In this document: one piece after another, positions 11,777-23,900 of the stretch
Numbering within the stretch: the stretch's first letter is position 1
Layout: the number at the start of each line of letters is the position of its first letter
NCBI GenBank assembly: GCA_004764695.1
Contig: SMSO01000004.1
Coordinates: forward strand, 1,116,001-1,180,000
Source: Schizochytrium sp. TIO01
Taxonomy: Eukaryota; Protista; Bigyra: Labyrinthulomycetes
Reading direction: 5' to 3'
Length of the DNA: 64,000 nucleotides
Program-made: the position numbers and the translations under genes
The notes under the pieces: model-generated
Seen by the model: the letters and a program-made list of their open reading frames with translations, nothing else
Databases searched by the model: none
What the model was told of the DNA's origin: nothing

Positions 11777-14629
11777 ATGTCTGGGGGGCGTGAAGGTGTC
11801 TCTCGCCCTCGTGAAGGGGCTGCGGCACAACGTTTACAGAATTTCGTGGCCCACTCTGAGGGAGTAACATGCGTAAAAATTGGTCCAAGATCAGGGCAAG
11901 TTCTGGCTACAGGTAGTGAAGATGGCAAAATAAACCTTTGGAAAGTCGGCCGACCTGGGTGTTTGCAGAGTATTCAGGCTGCCAAAAGACCTATTCGATG
12001 TGTAGCGTTCGATGCTGAAGAGAATGTAGCTGCAGTAGGTTCACGCAGTGGGAGCATTAAACTCCTTGCACTAAATGCTGGAGGGCGTACGCGATGTCGG
12101 CTTACAGGACATCGCACCGAATGCACTGCAGCGGCATTCCATCCACTCGGAAATGTTTTTGGGTCGGGAGGTCAAGACACGGAAGTGAAGGTCTGGGATA
12201 TCCGTACAAAGTGTTGTGTGCGCACATTCTCAGAGCATCAGGACACAGTTACATGCCTAGCATTTAGCCCTGATGGCAAGTGGGTTGCTTCGGGAAATAA
12301 CGATCGGACCGTGAAACTTTGGGATCTTCAATCTGGAAAGATCCTCCACGACTTTGTAGGACATCGCGGAGGTATAACTTCTGTCAAATTTCACCCTGAT
12401 GAATTTTGGCTTGCCACAGGATCGCAGGATGGCACTGTGCGTTATTGGGATCTTGAGACCTTTCGACAAGTAGGTGTGACGCCTACAGAACATGGAAACG
12501 CAATTCGACAAATTAATTTCCTAGATACCTCTACTCGACTTGGCGAACCAGCACCACATAACCTTGTTTGTACCTCCGACGAGGGATTGCGAGTATGGTC
12601 TCTTCAGCCATGTAGAGGAATATCTAATGAGCCAATTGCCTGGGGCCAGATTGCTGATGCATGTATTGCTCGAGACAAGTACGGCGATCAACGCATGATT
12701 GCTTGTACTCTCAAAGACCGTACAATGGTCAGTGTGTGGTCTGTCGATATGGCTTCCCTTACTTTAGAAGAGTCGTCATCTATTTCTACGGGGCGGGACA
12801 CACCCTTCGGCGTTGAGGAGATCCTTAACGATGATGTTCTTATCCGAGCACCATTGCCCAAACTTCGGTTACCAGATTCACAAGATGATGCAGACACAGA
12901 CCATCAAAGCCACTCCGCGAAGAGTTCTCGATCAAGTGGTCGAGCCAGCACTTGCGAATCTACGGAAGGCCTTTATAAAAGGTTATCTTCACGCAGCTCG
13001 CGTGAAAGTGGGACTCGTCAACAGAAAACAGCAGATAATTATAAAAGTTATAACAACCTCGATTACAAGCGCCAAACGGATGGAGAGAATTCACCAAGTT
13101 CAGACAGGAAAACGAGCGCGAGATGCCCTGATAGAAATCGAAGCGCAGATGACAGAACCCTCAAAGAAGATAGATTCCAGCACAGTGAGACAAACGGAAA
13201 AGACTCGCATCAGGCTGCAAATGATAGCTCTGAGAAGCGATCATCGTGCACAAGGGAGGGTAAATATGCTCACGACTATCCTCGAGAAAGTAAAACTAAT
13301 TCCAGGCAATCACCACGCTTTGTGACAAGTCAGAGTCAGGAACAAGGAGAACAAGACCAAGACGATATGGCGCAGTTAATCGTAATGGAAGATTACACTA
13401 CTGACGAGGATTTTGAAGCTCCAAGGGATGGTCTGAATGGAAAAAAATTATTAGCAAATCAAAACATATTGAAAGGAGATCGCATGGGGGCTAAGAAACA
13501 CCAAGATTCCGATCAAACCAAAAGTAAAGATGTAAGAGAGTCAAATTCCAAAGAAAAGGAAGATCATGTCGCTTCTGATGGAGACAATGTCGTTCGTGGC
13601 GACTCCTCTACATTGTCTGTGGTATCTTCTAATGAAGAAAGTGATAAGTTAAGTGGCTGTATTAAAGGTCCAAAAGAAGAAAAGGAAGCAGGAGAATATA
13701 CCAAGGATTTAACTGAGCCTGATGAAAATTCACCAACTTCAGCACGAAGTGTAACCAAACGCGAGCCGAGATTGCGGAAGCCACCTCGCAGTCGGATTAG
13801 AAATTCGGAGCAGGAAAATGCCAAACCGAATCAAAAAGCGAACTACCTCTCATCTATTGAACAAACTCAAAATACGGACGATATTAGTACAAACGAACAG
13901 CAGCAGCGTCGACTTGTAAGTCAATGGGCTCTACGTGATGGGCCTTTGGATATTAGTTATTCAGAGTTCTCAAAAGGAGCATGGTCAAGCGCACGAAAGC
14001 AGGTAGAGTCTCGCACTGTTCAGGCTGACACCAAGGTATATGTTACCGCAGACGCAATGAAAGAACACATCAAATTCCGAACCGTCATGCAAGAGCGACT
14101 TGATGAGTTAGAGAGAATCATGGAAATATGGCAGGATAATGATGCCTCACGTGCCCTTGAAAGCCTCGAGGCCTTAGGAAATCCCAGCATCGCTTACGAC
14201 TTTTTTCGCTGTGTCAATTTTCGTAATGGCCAGTCAGCAACCTTGGATATTTGTGCTGCTGCTTTGCCAGTATTGGTAAGCATGGGTGATTCTCCGTTCG
14301 AAGTCCACATCAAAAGCCTTCTGGCCACTGGAAAGTTTTTCTTTGATAGTTTTGCTGGTATTATTCTAGCAACATTGGAGCACCATCGCAAGAATAGGCG
14401 ATCTAGTGCAAGATCAAATGTAGATATCTCGCGGGAAGAACGTATTCACAAATGTCGACGTTGTGTACGCGGCTTTCGTATGTTGGTAGCTTCGTTACAC
14501 AAGCTACTAGAATCCGCAGCGATGGATAACATGGCTCGTACAAAAGCAGAGGCAACTAATTTACATGCGAAATTGGATCGTTTTCTTGCAGAAATTAGTC
14601 CCGCCACACCCGGGATTTCATCTTCCTAA
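11777..14629 (+). CDS. KATNB1: Katanin p80 WD40 regulatory subunit
   Basis: LQNFVAHS start, six WD40 repeats (LTGHR..FHPLG, FSPDGKWVASG, FHPDEFWLATGSQDGTVRYWDLETF), a long disordered linker and a con80-like C-terminus (H..F.TVMQERL..L, TLDIC...LP, VDISREERIHKC). First ATG at 11777. Confidence 0.92.
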   Translation: MSGGREGVSRPREGAAAQRLQNFVAHSEGVTCVKIGPRSGQVLATGSEDGKINLWKVGRPGCLQSIQAAKRPIRCVAFDAEENVAAVGSRSGSIKLLALNAGGRTRCRLTGHRTECTAAAFHPLGNVFGSGGQDTEVKVWDIRTKCCVRTFSEHQDTVTCLAFSPDGKWVASGNNDRTVKLWDLQSGKILHDFVGHRGGITSVKFHPDEFWLATGSQDGTVRYWDLETFRQVGVTPTEHGNAIRQINFLDTSTRLGEPAPHNLVCTSDEGLRVWSLQPCRGISNEPIAWGQIADACIARDKYGDQRMIACTLKDRTMVSVWSVDMASLTLEESSSISTGRDTPFGVEEILNDDVLIRAPLPKLRLPDSQDDADTDHQSHSAKSSRSSGRASTCESTEGLYKRLSSRSSRESGTRQQKTADNYKSYNNLDYKRQTDGENSPSSDRKTSARCPDRNRSADDRTLKEDRFQHSETNGKDSHQAANDSSEKRSSCTREGKYAHDYPRESKTNSRQSPRFVTSQSQEQGEQDQDDMAQLIVMEDYTTDEDFEAPRDGLNGKKLLANQNILKGDRMGAKKHQDSDQTKSKDVRESNSKEKEDHVASDGDNVVRGDSSTLSVVSSNEESDKLSGCIKGPKEEKEAGEYTKDLTEPDENSPTSARSVTKREPRLRKPPRSRIRNSEQENAKPNQKANYLSSIEQTQNTDDISTNEQQQRRLVSQWALRDGPLDISYSEFSKGAWSSARKQVESRTVQADTKVYVTADAMKEHIKFRTVMQERLDELERIMEIWQDNDASRALESLEALGNPSIAYDFFRCVNFRNGQSATLDICAAALPVLVSMGDSPFEVHIKSLLATGKFFFDSFAGIILATLEHHRKNRRSSARSNVDISREERIHKCRRCVRGFRMLVASLHKLLESAAMDNMARTKAEATNLHAKLDRFLAEISPATPGISSS

Positions 14630-14796
14630 ACTAATAATTTATGGAATATAGCAGAGTAGTAGAGTAGTTCTGCTTTCTCCCATTCATTATATGTATGAAA
14701 CGGAGAAAACTCAGCTATGCAAACAAAAAGCAAACTGGAAAGGTGGAGTGAAATAATAATAGTGAATGTTATGATAATACTACGAAAGTTAATAAC

Positions 14797-16242
14797 TCAC
14801 GGCAAGTGCTCTGTAAGTCGGTCAATAGTTAATGGGTTGTGACGCATAGCATATTGAAAAGCAACGCGGCAGCTTGAATCTGGGCGAGCATATGGCTTAC
14901 ATGAACTATGGTACTGAAGCCCATTGATCCAAACGTGCGCGATTGTCTCGCGCTCTTCAGTTGCATCGGTCTGCATAGACTCTGTTTGACTTATCACGTC
15001 CTCTTCATCATTCGGCTCTGTAAATTGTTCTTGCTCGCTTTCTAGCCCTCCGGGGGGCACTGCAAAGCGAGCAAGAGTTCCATCTCGCAGTGAGTGAGTG
15101 GCAGCTTCCGATGGGTCGAGTTTACCAACCATGTCACCTGCAAGGGCTTGCAACATAGGCACATCATTCACAAATTTAACTCGGAAAACGCAGGTTTGTA
15201 CAGGATATGGATTGACTCCATCCGGAGAGTCAATAGGGTAGCGAGAAGTCTTAGCATCTTTCCACCCGAGAACACATGGTGAAAGGCCTTCTTCATAATG
15301 GCCCTCTTTGTAGTAAAATAGTAAGCCATCCTTAATAAATGGAACATTGCCTGCGTATGCATCTCCAAGACCTTGTCGCGAGCAATCGAACACAGGTACG
15401 GGTTGAAAACGATAATGGTTGAAGTCGCTTGATTTGCATATTGATGGAACCTCAGCAAGCTTGCTGTGCAGCCAAAATTGTCGAAATGTGAAATCCGAGG
15501 CGCCCACATCGAGCCCCTTCCACCATACAATATCCAGAACGTAATATGTCTTGTCAGCCTCATGATAGACACAGTGCAACATTGAAAACTCACTTGCGCC
15601 AGTTCCAGTTTGCGGAGACCCATGCGGGAGTGCTGATAAGAACTCGTGTAGAATCCTGCCGTTTTTGCGACGAGAAACAGTCTGGCCATGGGCGGCAATG
15701 ACCAAAACCGTTTCCCCCTCAGGTTTTGGCATCACCGACCATGCATCGGGGCTAAGATCAGAAGGTACTTCAAGCATCCACTCAGGTCGTTGGAATTGTG
15801 CAGCATATGCTTCTTCTTCTTGTTTCCTTTTTGACGAGCGCGAAGCTCGAGACCTGTTCTGCTTCGAGGCACGATTATGATGAAAGCTACTGGACATACT
15901 TGAGCTACCGTCCAGGTCGTGAAAACCCTGATCCATGGTTGTGGATTCTTGATTATCATTCGAATTGTCAAACTCTCCTGTGGATCCTCGTGATACAACT
16001 ACATGGCGTGCTCTTGCAGCAGCAAGATTTCTCTGCCGAGCCTGTTTCTGGCGCTCCACCAGCTGTTTCCTTCGTGCATTTTGGCCCCGAACGCGAGGAT
16101 CTTGAGATTTCCAATTGGTTTGAAGCGCCTTAGCTCCAGTGACCTGACTTGGCGGTTGCAAGTTGATTTGGATGCCTGCAAACGCGCTCGTGTTCGTGCC
16201 GTCACTTGGGTGAGCACTGCCCCCAGTGCCACTGTTCTGCAT
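14797..16242 (-). CDS. SNUPN: Snurportin-1 (m3G-cap snRNP import adaptor)
   Basis: IBB-like QNARRKQLVERQKQAR, PEWM..VP.DL, PEG...LVIA..GQT, F.SALP.GS, YYVLD..WWKG, FRQFWLHSKL and DGLLFY.KEGHY..G.SP. First ATG at 16242. Confidence 0.9.
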   Translation of the reverse strand: MQNSGTGGSAHPSDGTNTSAFAGIQINLQPPSQVTGAKALQTNWKSQDPRVRGQNARRKQLVERQKQARQRNLAAARARHVVVSRGSTGEFDNSNDNQESTTMDQGFHDLDGSSSMSSSFHHNRASKQNRSRASRSSKRKQEEEAYAAQFQRPEWMLEVPSDLSPDAWSVMPKPEGETVLVIAAHGQTVSRRKNGRILHEFLSALPHGSPQTGTGASEFSMLHCVYHEADKTYYVLDIVWWKGLDVGASDFTFRQFWLHSKLAEVPSICKSSDFNHYRFQPVPVFDCSRQGLGDAYAGNVPFIKDGLLFYYKEGHYEEGLSPCVLGWKDAKTSRYPIDSPDGVNPYPVQTCVFRVKFVNDVPMLQALAGDMVGKLDPSEAATHSLRDGTLARFAVPPGGLESEQEQFTEPNDEEDVISQTESMQTDATEERETIAHVWINGLQYHSSCKPYARPDSSCRVAFQYAMRHNPLTIDRLTEHLP

Positions 16243-17997
16243 CTTCTCCAACGCAGGACAACCCAAGCGATCCAAGCAGCTTAGCTAACTAATTTCACAG
16301 CGACCTTGCAATTTAATTAATTTGCAATCAGATGTAGCGCTGGACTTGAACAAGGCCCGTTGCAGATGTGGTGCTGACGCTGGTGACAATGTTCTCAAGA
16401 TAGTGCAAGACGATTGCCAATAAATGAACTTTCATCAAAAAAGAAAATCAAACTAGGTCTCTTTATCTTTCCTTATTCCATTCATTTGACAATCAAACTT
16501 TTTATCATGAGGTCGCTAGGTAGGATATAGTATCTACCTAGTGCCTACTTAAACTAGGACCTAATTATTCACTACTAGTACCCAGTTCTAGTACCCCTAT
16601 TCAGAAAATTAAAAAAATAGTCACCGTGAAGAAAAATCATGAATTGTCAAATCGACCCAGAAGCAATCTTCAAAATAGACATTGCCGACATCGCGATGGT
16701 TAACAAACACATCACAGAGAAAACCCCAAGCTGATGAGTGTTGTATGCTTTGTCCAGCCTATCTGTTAACTAGGTGCTTGCTTTTTCATTCACCTCAAGA
16801 GAAAGGGTAACTGGGACTGAATAGATATGTGCACACACGATGACTTGAGCGACGGACGCCTGCACTTCTTAGAAGTCCATAATTTTAAAGTAATCAGCAC
16901 TCAAGATAAATCAGACCTCCTCGTCCTTAGACTTACAAAGAAAAAGCAAAAGGTCAACCGAGGCATTGCATAAACCCTCCCTCCCTCGCCCACGCACAGT
17001 TTTCAGACTGTTCGAAGAACTTAAGGTTTCCAGCTTCCTACGTTTGGGTACCTGGAAAAGTTAATTAAGCTTGAGCTCCGAGGCCTTCTAAAACTTTATC
17101 TAATCTCTACAACAAAATCATACAAGCAATTATTTATTGCTCATTACATCCTAAATCTCGCAACAAGAGTGTAGTCCTGACCATAATCTTGATAGTTTCT
17201 GCTCCAATAGGTGTTTTCAACTTGAGGAATTAATAACACTGCATCTCCCATGTCGATGCCTAGCAACTTTTTTTTAAAATAGGAAAAGAACCAAAAGGAA
17301 CAGAGAGTGTCGGATGAGCGAGCTGTATACGCTCGCTGGGGTGCCGAAGCTTCTTTCCCCCTGTTTGAGCTTTCAAACTCGGATCCCTCGCGCTTCGCAG
17401 GGACAAAAGGAACTCTGGCGGCGCCGCTTCGGATCCGCTGCGGGCCCGGCCATTTATTGCACGCAATAAACTACTAACAAACCCTCCCACGGCCCTGGAT
17501 CGCCGCCACGAGGGCTTTCACGGTTGGCGGTTGCTTACGAGTGACTGGGATCCGCGCGTGAAAGTTGAAGATTCGTTCTTTTTCTTTCCTACTGTTCTCG
17601 GGGACTTCCGTCGTTCTTGGGATATCTAAGACAGCTTGGGCGTGCTCGCTGGCGTTGAATTACGCCAAGGATCTGCTTATATTTTTTTGAAACATAGATA
17701 TTTGCGGAGTTTGACTTCAATTTAGTGCAGAGGTTGTAGAAGATTTCAAGGTTTCTGTACTGACATCTTTTTTTTGGAGAGATTTACAGAACCCGCAGAT
17801 TGAAGACCTGATTATTATAGATATCAACGCGAAGCTCGACTGTACAAGCTAGTGATTGTGTCTCTTGTGAGCTACGAGGAACGTTTTTTATATCCACGCT
17901 AAGTTGTTGAGAGCGCGTAAGACTAAGATTATACGTTATCTAGGTTGATTGAGAGCGCTCGCCCATAAGCCGGAAAAGCTGAGATTGAGTGGACAAG

Positions 17998-20900
17998 ATG
18001 TCTCAAGCACCACCCCAACAACAGGAAGAGCAGCAGCGGCCAAGCATTTGGGAGCTTGGTCCCTTTTGCGCGCTGCTAGCTGACCCGTTTGTAGAAAACA
18101 ACAGCGAAGTTCCTAATGGAGGACTCCCTACGGCATGTGCCGTGCTAGAGATCCTAGTGCGCGAATCGCCTCAACTTCAACGATGGGCAGAGAACCCCGT
18201 CATGTCAAAGGTTACTCTCCTTCGCAAACTTGCCGGTGCAGAAATTGACGACGCTGACAAATGTAGTGAATATATCAGCGCTTTCCTGGAAACGATGAAG
18301 GGTCTTCCGGCTGGCGAAGTGGTTTTTATTCCAGGTGGATGGTCTGGTAGCACAACGCGTGGCTCGATTGTGCTTGTTGCGGAGCGCAACAGCGATGAGA
18401 CCTTTAATCTTGTTGTGTGTAATGCTGGAGCTGGCCTCAATTACCACCCTTCCCGTGTCTGTGAGGAAGATCCAACCAAAATTAAGTACCTGACATGCTT
18501 TAAGCTCGAGAAGCTCTCCCGCAACCGTTTTCTTGACCGTGCTATCTGGACAACAATGTTCTCGCAATGGTTCAGCACCAGCGAGTTTCACCGCGTTGAG
18601 GTTATATACGACGTGCTTCTGCCCTGGCTAACTGGTGAGCCAACTCTTTCTCATGCTCTCCAGCATGCAGTTGAAGGCGGCAGCCCCGAGTGGCGCACTG
18701 CTCTTCGAGCAGGTACATCGAGTTCATGGCGTAACATGATGGAAGCTGTTCGCTATTACCTTGTAGAGCATAATGGCTGCTCGGCAGGTGAGATGAAAGA
18801 GCTCACTACAACTCTTAAGGTGGAGATGCTCAATATGGCTCTCGGTGACATGAACGATGATGGCCGGCAACCTCCTCCTACCGATTTTCGAACTCTTATT
18901 CGTATGGGATGCAGTACCGTTTCTCACGCTGTTCTAAAGCTTGGGTATATTGACACACGTAAGCGTGAACAAGTACTCAATCTTGTTAATTCTGTTGAGG
19001 AAAAGCTCACCGAACTCGACCAAGCAGACGAAAAGGCTCGTCAGGAACTTGAAGAAGAGCCTGATACTGCTGATGCATTGTATCCCGTGCCTTTCGATGC
19101 GTCAAAGATTGAGCAAAAGGATGGTGTATTCCCAATGGTCGAGGCAAACTTGAAAAATGTAGAGCGTTACGCTGGTCTTGCTCAGCAGCCGCGCACCTCT
19201 CAGGGCTGCAATATTCTGCAGGTTCCGATGCGCCGTGTCACATCTGTTGAGGAAGCTGTAGCAGCCCTTGTGCGTTGCGACACTGTTTGTACAGAACTTA
19301 ACCGGCGCTGCAAAGACGGGTCTTCCTTTTCATCCCGTATTGCCCTGCAGTACCAGATTGCCGAGCTCATCCGACCGGTCGTCACCCAAGTTTTACCTCC
19401 GCCAAAGCCTATTATGAGTGGCACCGCGTCCTCTTCAGATGGCTGCATCTGGAAGAACTTTCCTAGTTTAGAATTGGAGATGACCTGCCTTCGTCTGCTG
19501 CACAAGATAACTATGACTTATGCTCAAGCATGGCAATCTTTCGACGCTCCTACTCGTGGGTTTGATTCTGAGCGTGCTGTAATTGCACTCAATCTCCTGG
19601 CCATCTTTGATTGTGTTTTACGTCATGATCACTTCGACATGGAATTGGCAAACGTCTTGAATGACGATGGCGGTTACGCTATTTCAACCACGGTTTGTGT
19701 CGCGAATATGAGCTTGTACAGATTATCGTCCACCATGGAAATTCACCAGCCCGCCTTGGCGCTTTCAAGGTCAAGATGCCTCGAGTACTTTGAGAGCGTT
19801 CAACAGGCATGCAAATACAAGGATCTTTTCATTTTTCGCATGCCCACGGATAAAATCGAAGTGAAAAAATACAGCACTACTGTCGTGTTTCTTCGTAAAC
19901 TTATGGAGCGTCTTGGTTATGAGCTCATTCCCCGGGACAATCCGCAACCCCCTCCTGAAATCGAAGCGCTCCTTGAATGGATGACATCCCCGAGTACACC
20001 TTTGGCTCGGGATCATCCAGAGTATGGATTGCTCCGGGACATGGCCTGTATGTACAAATTTATGAGCACAATGGAGTCTCGCGAATCGGAGCTACAGCGG
20101 CAACGCATTGCATCAAATGAGTACGTTTCGTGGGGACTTTCTTTTGAGGATACCTCTATGGAGTCCGGCGCTTTTCATACTCGCCGTAACTTCCTAGGTG
20201 GCAGTCTCCGCTGGGAAGTTGTCAACTATCGTGGTCTGGACCTCGATACCGCTGATGTACAAGTTACGGTATTTGGAGATCGAAAGGTCTTTTTTGGTGA
20301 AGGTCTAGTGGTGCACTCCCCGGCTGATATTGGTGCAATTCTCAATCATAGTGGCCCCCAGCGTCCCACAGAAGATGATATTCTTCATTCTGATGCCTTG
20401 CCTAACTTTGGAGACACCTTGAGCCGTCAAGAGTCAGAAATGTTACTTTCCTATCTTACTGTGCCGTACCTTCGTATACCTCTGGTTTTGGCTTTCTTTG
20501 CAACTGGTGACCGCGTCACTTACCTCTTTAACCACCAAATCCAAGGTTTGCTTCGTGCCGTCCTTTTCGACTCTGCCGACTGGGTTCCTAGCGGCAAGCA
20601 AGATCGCATTACTACGGTGCCTGCAAGTAAAGAATATGGTTTTAAATCTGCTTTACAAGATTCTGGTGTTTCTTCTCGTGGTGGCAACCGTGCCAACGGA
20701 TTTGGAGGTACGGGTAAGCACGCAATCCTTGGTACTGCCGACGGCCTTCTTCTTAATGAGTTGCGTCATGCTCCTGAGTCGACCTTGCGGCCACTCATGA
20801 AAATGTTGCGCTCTCTCAACGATTTAGCTGAAGCCTCTGTGTATTCTCCAGATGCTGCGCTCTCGTTATACTTGATTGAGCTTGCTCTCGACGTCCAATC

Positions 20901-23900
20901 CTTCTTCCTCTTAGTAAAGGTGGGCGATGAACGCGAGCAAGAAATGCACAACTTTTTAACCGGATCTTGTCGCACTATTCTCAAAAAATGGCTCGTGGAA
21001 GCTTTCGAGAACAACGATATACAAACAAGTTGCATGATCCACTCTTATTTGGCATTGATTTGGGCAAACCTTCGTCCAGACATGCTGGATGCTGAAAATG
21101 TTAGTGAACTTTTGGGAAGTCTTTGCTTTGTACGTAATTGGCATGGATTTGGTCTCGGTGAGCCTTCAGCGCTCTTGGGCTATGGTTCTTCCATGGAATC
21201 TAATGCAGCTCCCGAACAGCGTTTGACTCGTTTCCTTCAGGCTCATGGTGTTGATACCAGCCGTCTTGCTGCAGGATCCTTGGCAAAGTATGTCGGGCAA
21301 AACCGTCCCCTCTACCTCCGGGTGGGCTCAAAAACAGTTCGTGTACCAAATTTAAGTCAACACGAGGATGTTGATGAAAACGGTCAAGTAAAGAAGCGTC
21401 TACTTGCTAATGTTCCAGAGCAGAAGCTCTTTAGTATGTTACAGAATCAACGCGCCTCTCTGGTGGGTTTCTTGGGACGAATTCATTCGTCCTCTCAAGA
21501 AGTCTTTGACCATGCACTTACACGTGTTGTTAGAATTGCCCTTGATACGAAGGGTGCAACCCTAGGCAAAGATGCTGTACTCATTGAAGATGATACTGCC
21601 TCTGGCTGGACCATGGAAAGCCGCGGGAAGTATATTTCCCCTGATAAGGAAATGACATTGGATGTGCAAGCTGCTCAGATTCTCTGGCGCAATGATGAGC
21701 TTAAACCTCTTCCAGACAGTATGACTCATTTCAATGATTTTCATACAATCTTTGGCAAGCGCCAGCTTCATTGCGGTATCGTTGCTCAACAACAGCACCG
21801 AAACTGGGTACATGTTGTAGGAACTCAGTTTGATCTTAAGCTTTGGGATGAGCCTGAAGATGACGATCATGGAGTTGACTGTCCGAAGGATGTCAGTGAT
21901 GAAATGGACTCGGGCAACGATGTAGCGCAAGAAAGCACTTCTCAAGGGAGAGCCGCTGGATCAAACTGGGCATGTAATATTTGCACATTCAATAATGACC
22001 CTAGTGCAACCTCATGCGTAATGTGCGGATCACCACGTAGCACTCCTGCGATGGGCTCTCGCAATGGTCCTGGCGCCGGACAAGGTGGTAACAGTTCTGC
22101 AAATGGGGGCAATGCTGAAGGAGAACAAGACTCTGGTGTTAAGGCCATTAAGTACCGAGGGGCAGTTTATGATCGCCATGTTGATCCTTTTGATGAGGAC
22201 AAGATCACTCAACTTTTGGAGAACCGTGATGAACGGTGGATTATGGAACTCTTGGTTCCTGCTCTTCAGGCACATTATAAAGATACGATGACCTACCGTG
22301 TATTGCTTCCCCACGAAAATGTATCAAACGACTCAAATGTTGCTACTGCGATGGGCTGCGTTAAAACAGAACATGAGATTGAGCAAGAAGCACCCACTGG
22401 AATTGGTGCATTTCGAAGTATGATGATGGGAAGCCGCCGTCCCCAGGTGCGCAAGGTAGTGACGTCTACATGGAAAGAGTTTGTAATGTACAAAGACCGA
22501 CAAGTTCTTCATGTGTTTAATCTTGTGAGCCATGGCCGCCGTGTCTATCGTCAGCTGATATTTAGTTCTCAAGCTTGCTATTCATATCATACCATGCAGG
22601 CGAGCACCGTCATGTTTGGAGGCTGCGGTGATCTTAAAGCGATCTTCAATTTAGAGGAATCTCTGGAGGTGAACCGTAACAGGAATGGCTTTGTCGAAAC
22701 CTTTATCCCTAGTCGTCTCTTGTTTGGTGTGGTCCCCACAGCACTTCTCGAGGCATATCAATTCTGGCACGGAACAGACAATGTTATCCGGGGAGAGCCT
22801 TTGGATGAGGAATCAACTTGGTTTGGAAGTAAGCAGATTGAGATTCGCCAGGACCGCTCAATTATCCAGAAACCGTATTCAACCTCGAAACGAAACTCAA
22901 TGGCCATTGCGCGGTCTGTTCTCGCAGGCCACGCAGCATCTCAGCAGCGTCGTCTTGTTGTAGATAGCTCTGACCGTGATGCCGGTGATGCTGGCGCCAA
23001 AGAGGCTCGGGCCGCGGCGGGAACTTCATCTGAGCAGTTTGATCAAGACACAGTTCTTGAACTGTGTGCATTAGGGTTTTCACCAGCAGCTTGCCGCCTA
23101 GCTTTGTCAAAGTGTGATGGCAACGCAGCCTTCGCGGCCGAATGGTTACTTAATCCTTCAAATGCTGCTCAAGTCTCCTCTGCCGAAGAGATCGTTGTTG
23201 ATGAGCAACGCTACCGAGTCATTAGCCACGATGTAGTGCGCATTCGGAATGCTCCCAGTGCAGATCTGAGCCACGGTTTAGTAAGCAACCAAATTGGGAC
23301 TCTTGGTTTCGGTCAGATTGTAACGGCAGTTGCTCGCTCTGGCGACTGGGTTCGTATTCGCAATGAGCAAGAACCCGAGAAGGATGCCTGGGTGTTGGCT
23401 TTTGATCCGGAGCATGGCTTGATCCTGGACCCAATTACTGAGGCCGAAGCAGAAGCTGACATGAGTGGTCTAGAAGGTGGTGGAGCTGATGTTGATGCTG
23501 CGGCACAGAAAGCTATCGAAATAGCCCAAGCAAAGGCAGAAGAAGCTCGCAAAGCAAGAGAGGCTGCTGAGGCGGAGGAAGCCGCACGCCTTCAGGCAAA
23601 GGAGGTTGTAGAACTGGACGAAGAGGACCCTTACAATCATTTGCGTCTTGTAAACCTTTTGGAAGTCCCAATTCGAGGCACTGCTCTTTTTCGCATGATT
23701 ACCTTGCTCACTAAGGTTGAAGATGTCTCTCATATTCTTGCATGGTCAGAAGTGAAAGATCCAACTGGTGCTATTGTTTCAATTGAACTTCCACGGCTGA
23801 AGCTTCGAATTCGCCCGGAGAAGGGCAAACTTCAATTGTCAGACCAAGCTGGTTGGTTCGTGTGCAATATTGGAGCGCGCCATCGAAAGCTTCTTGATGC

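Noticed and set aside
9949-16242. Apparent RNA-processing cluster (RtcA, snurportin; also YbeY and CTDSP further away)
   Set aside because: Interspersed with unrelated genes and acting in different compartments; no operon logic in this eukaryote without synteny evidence
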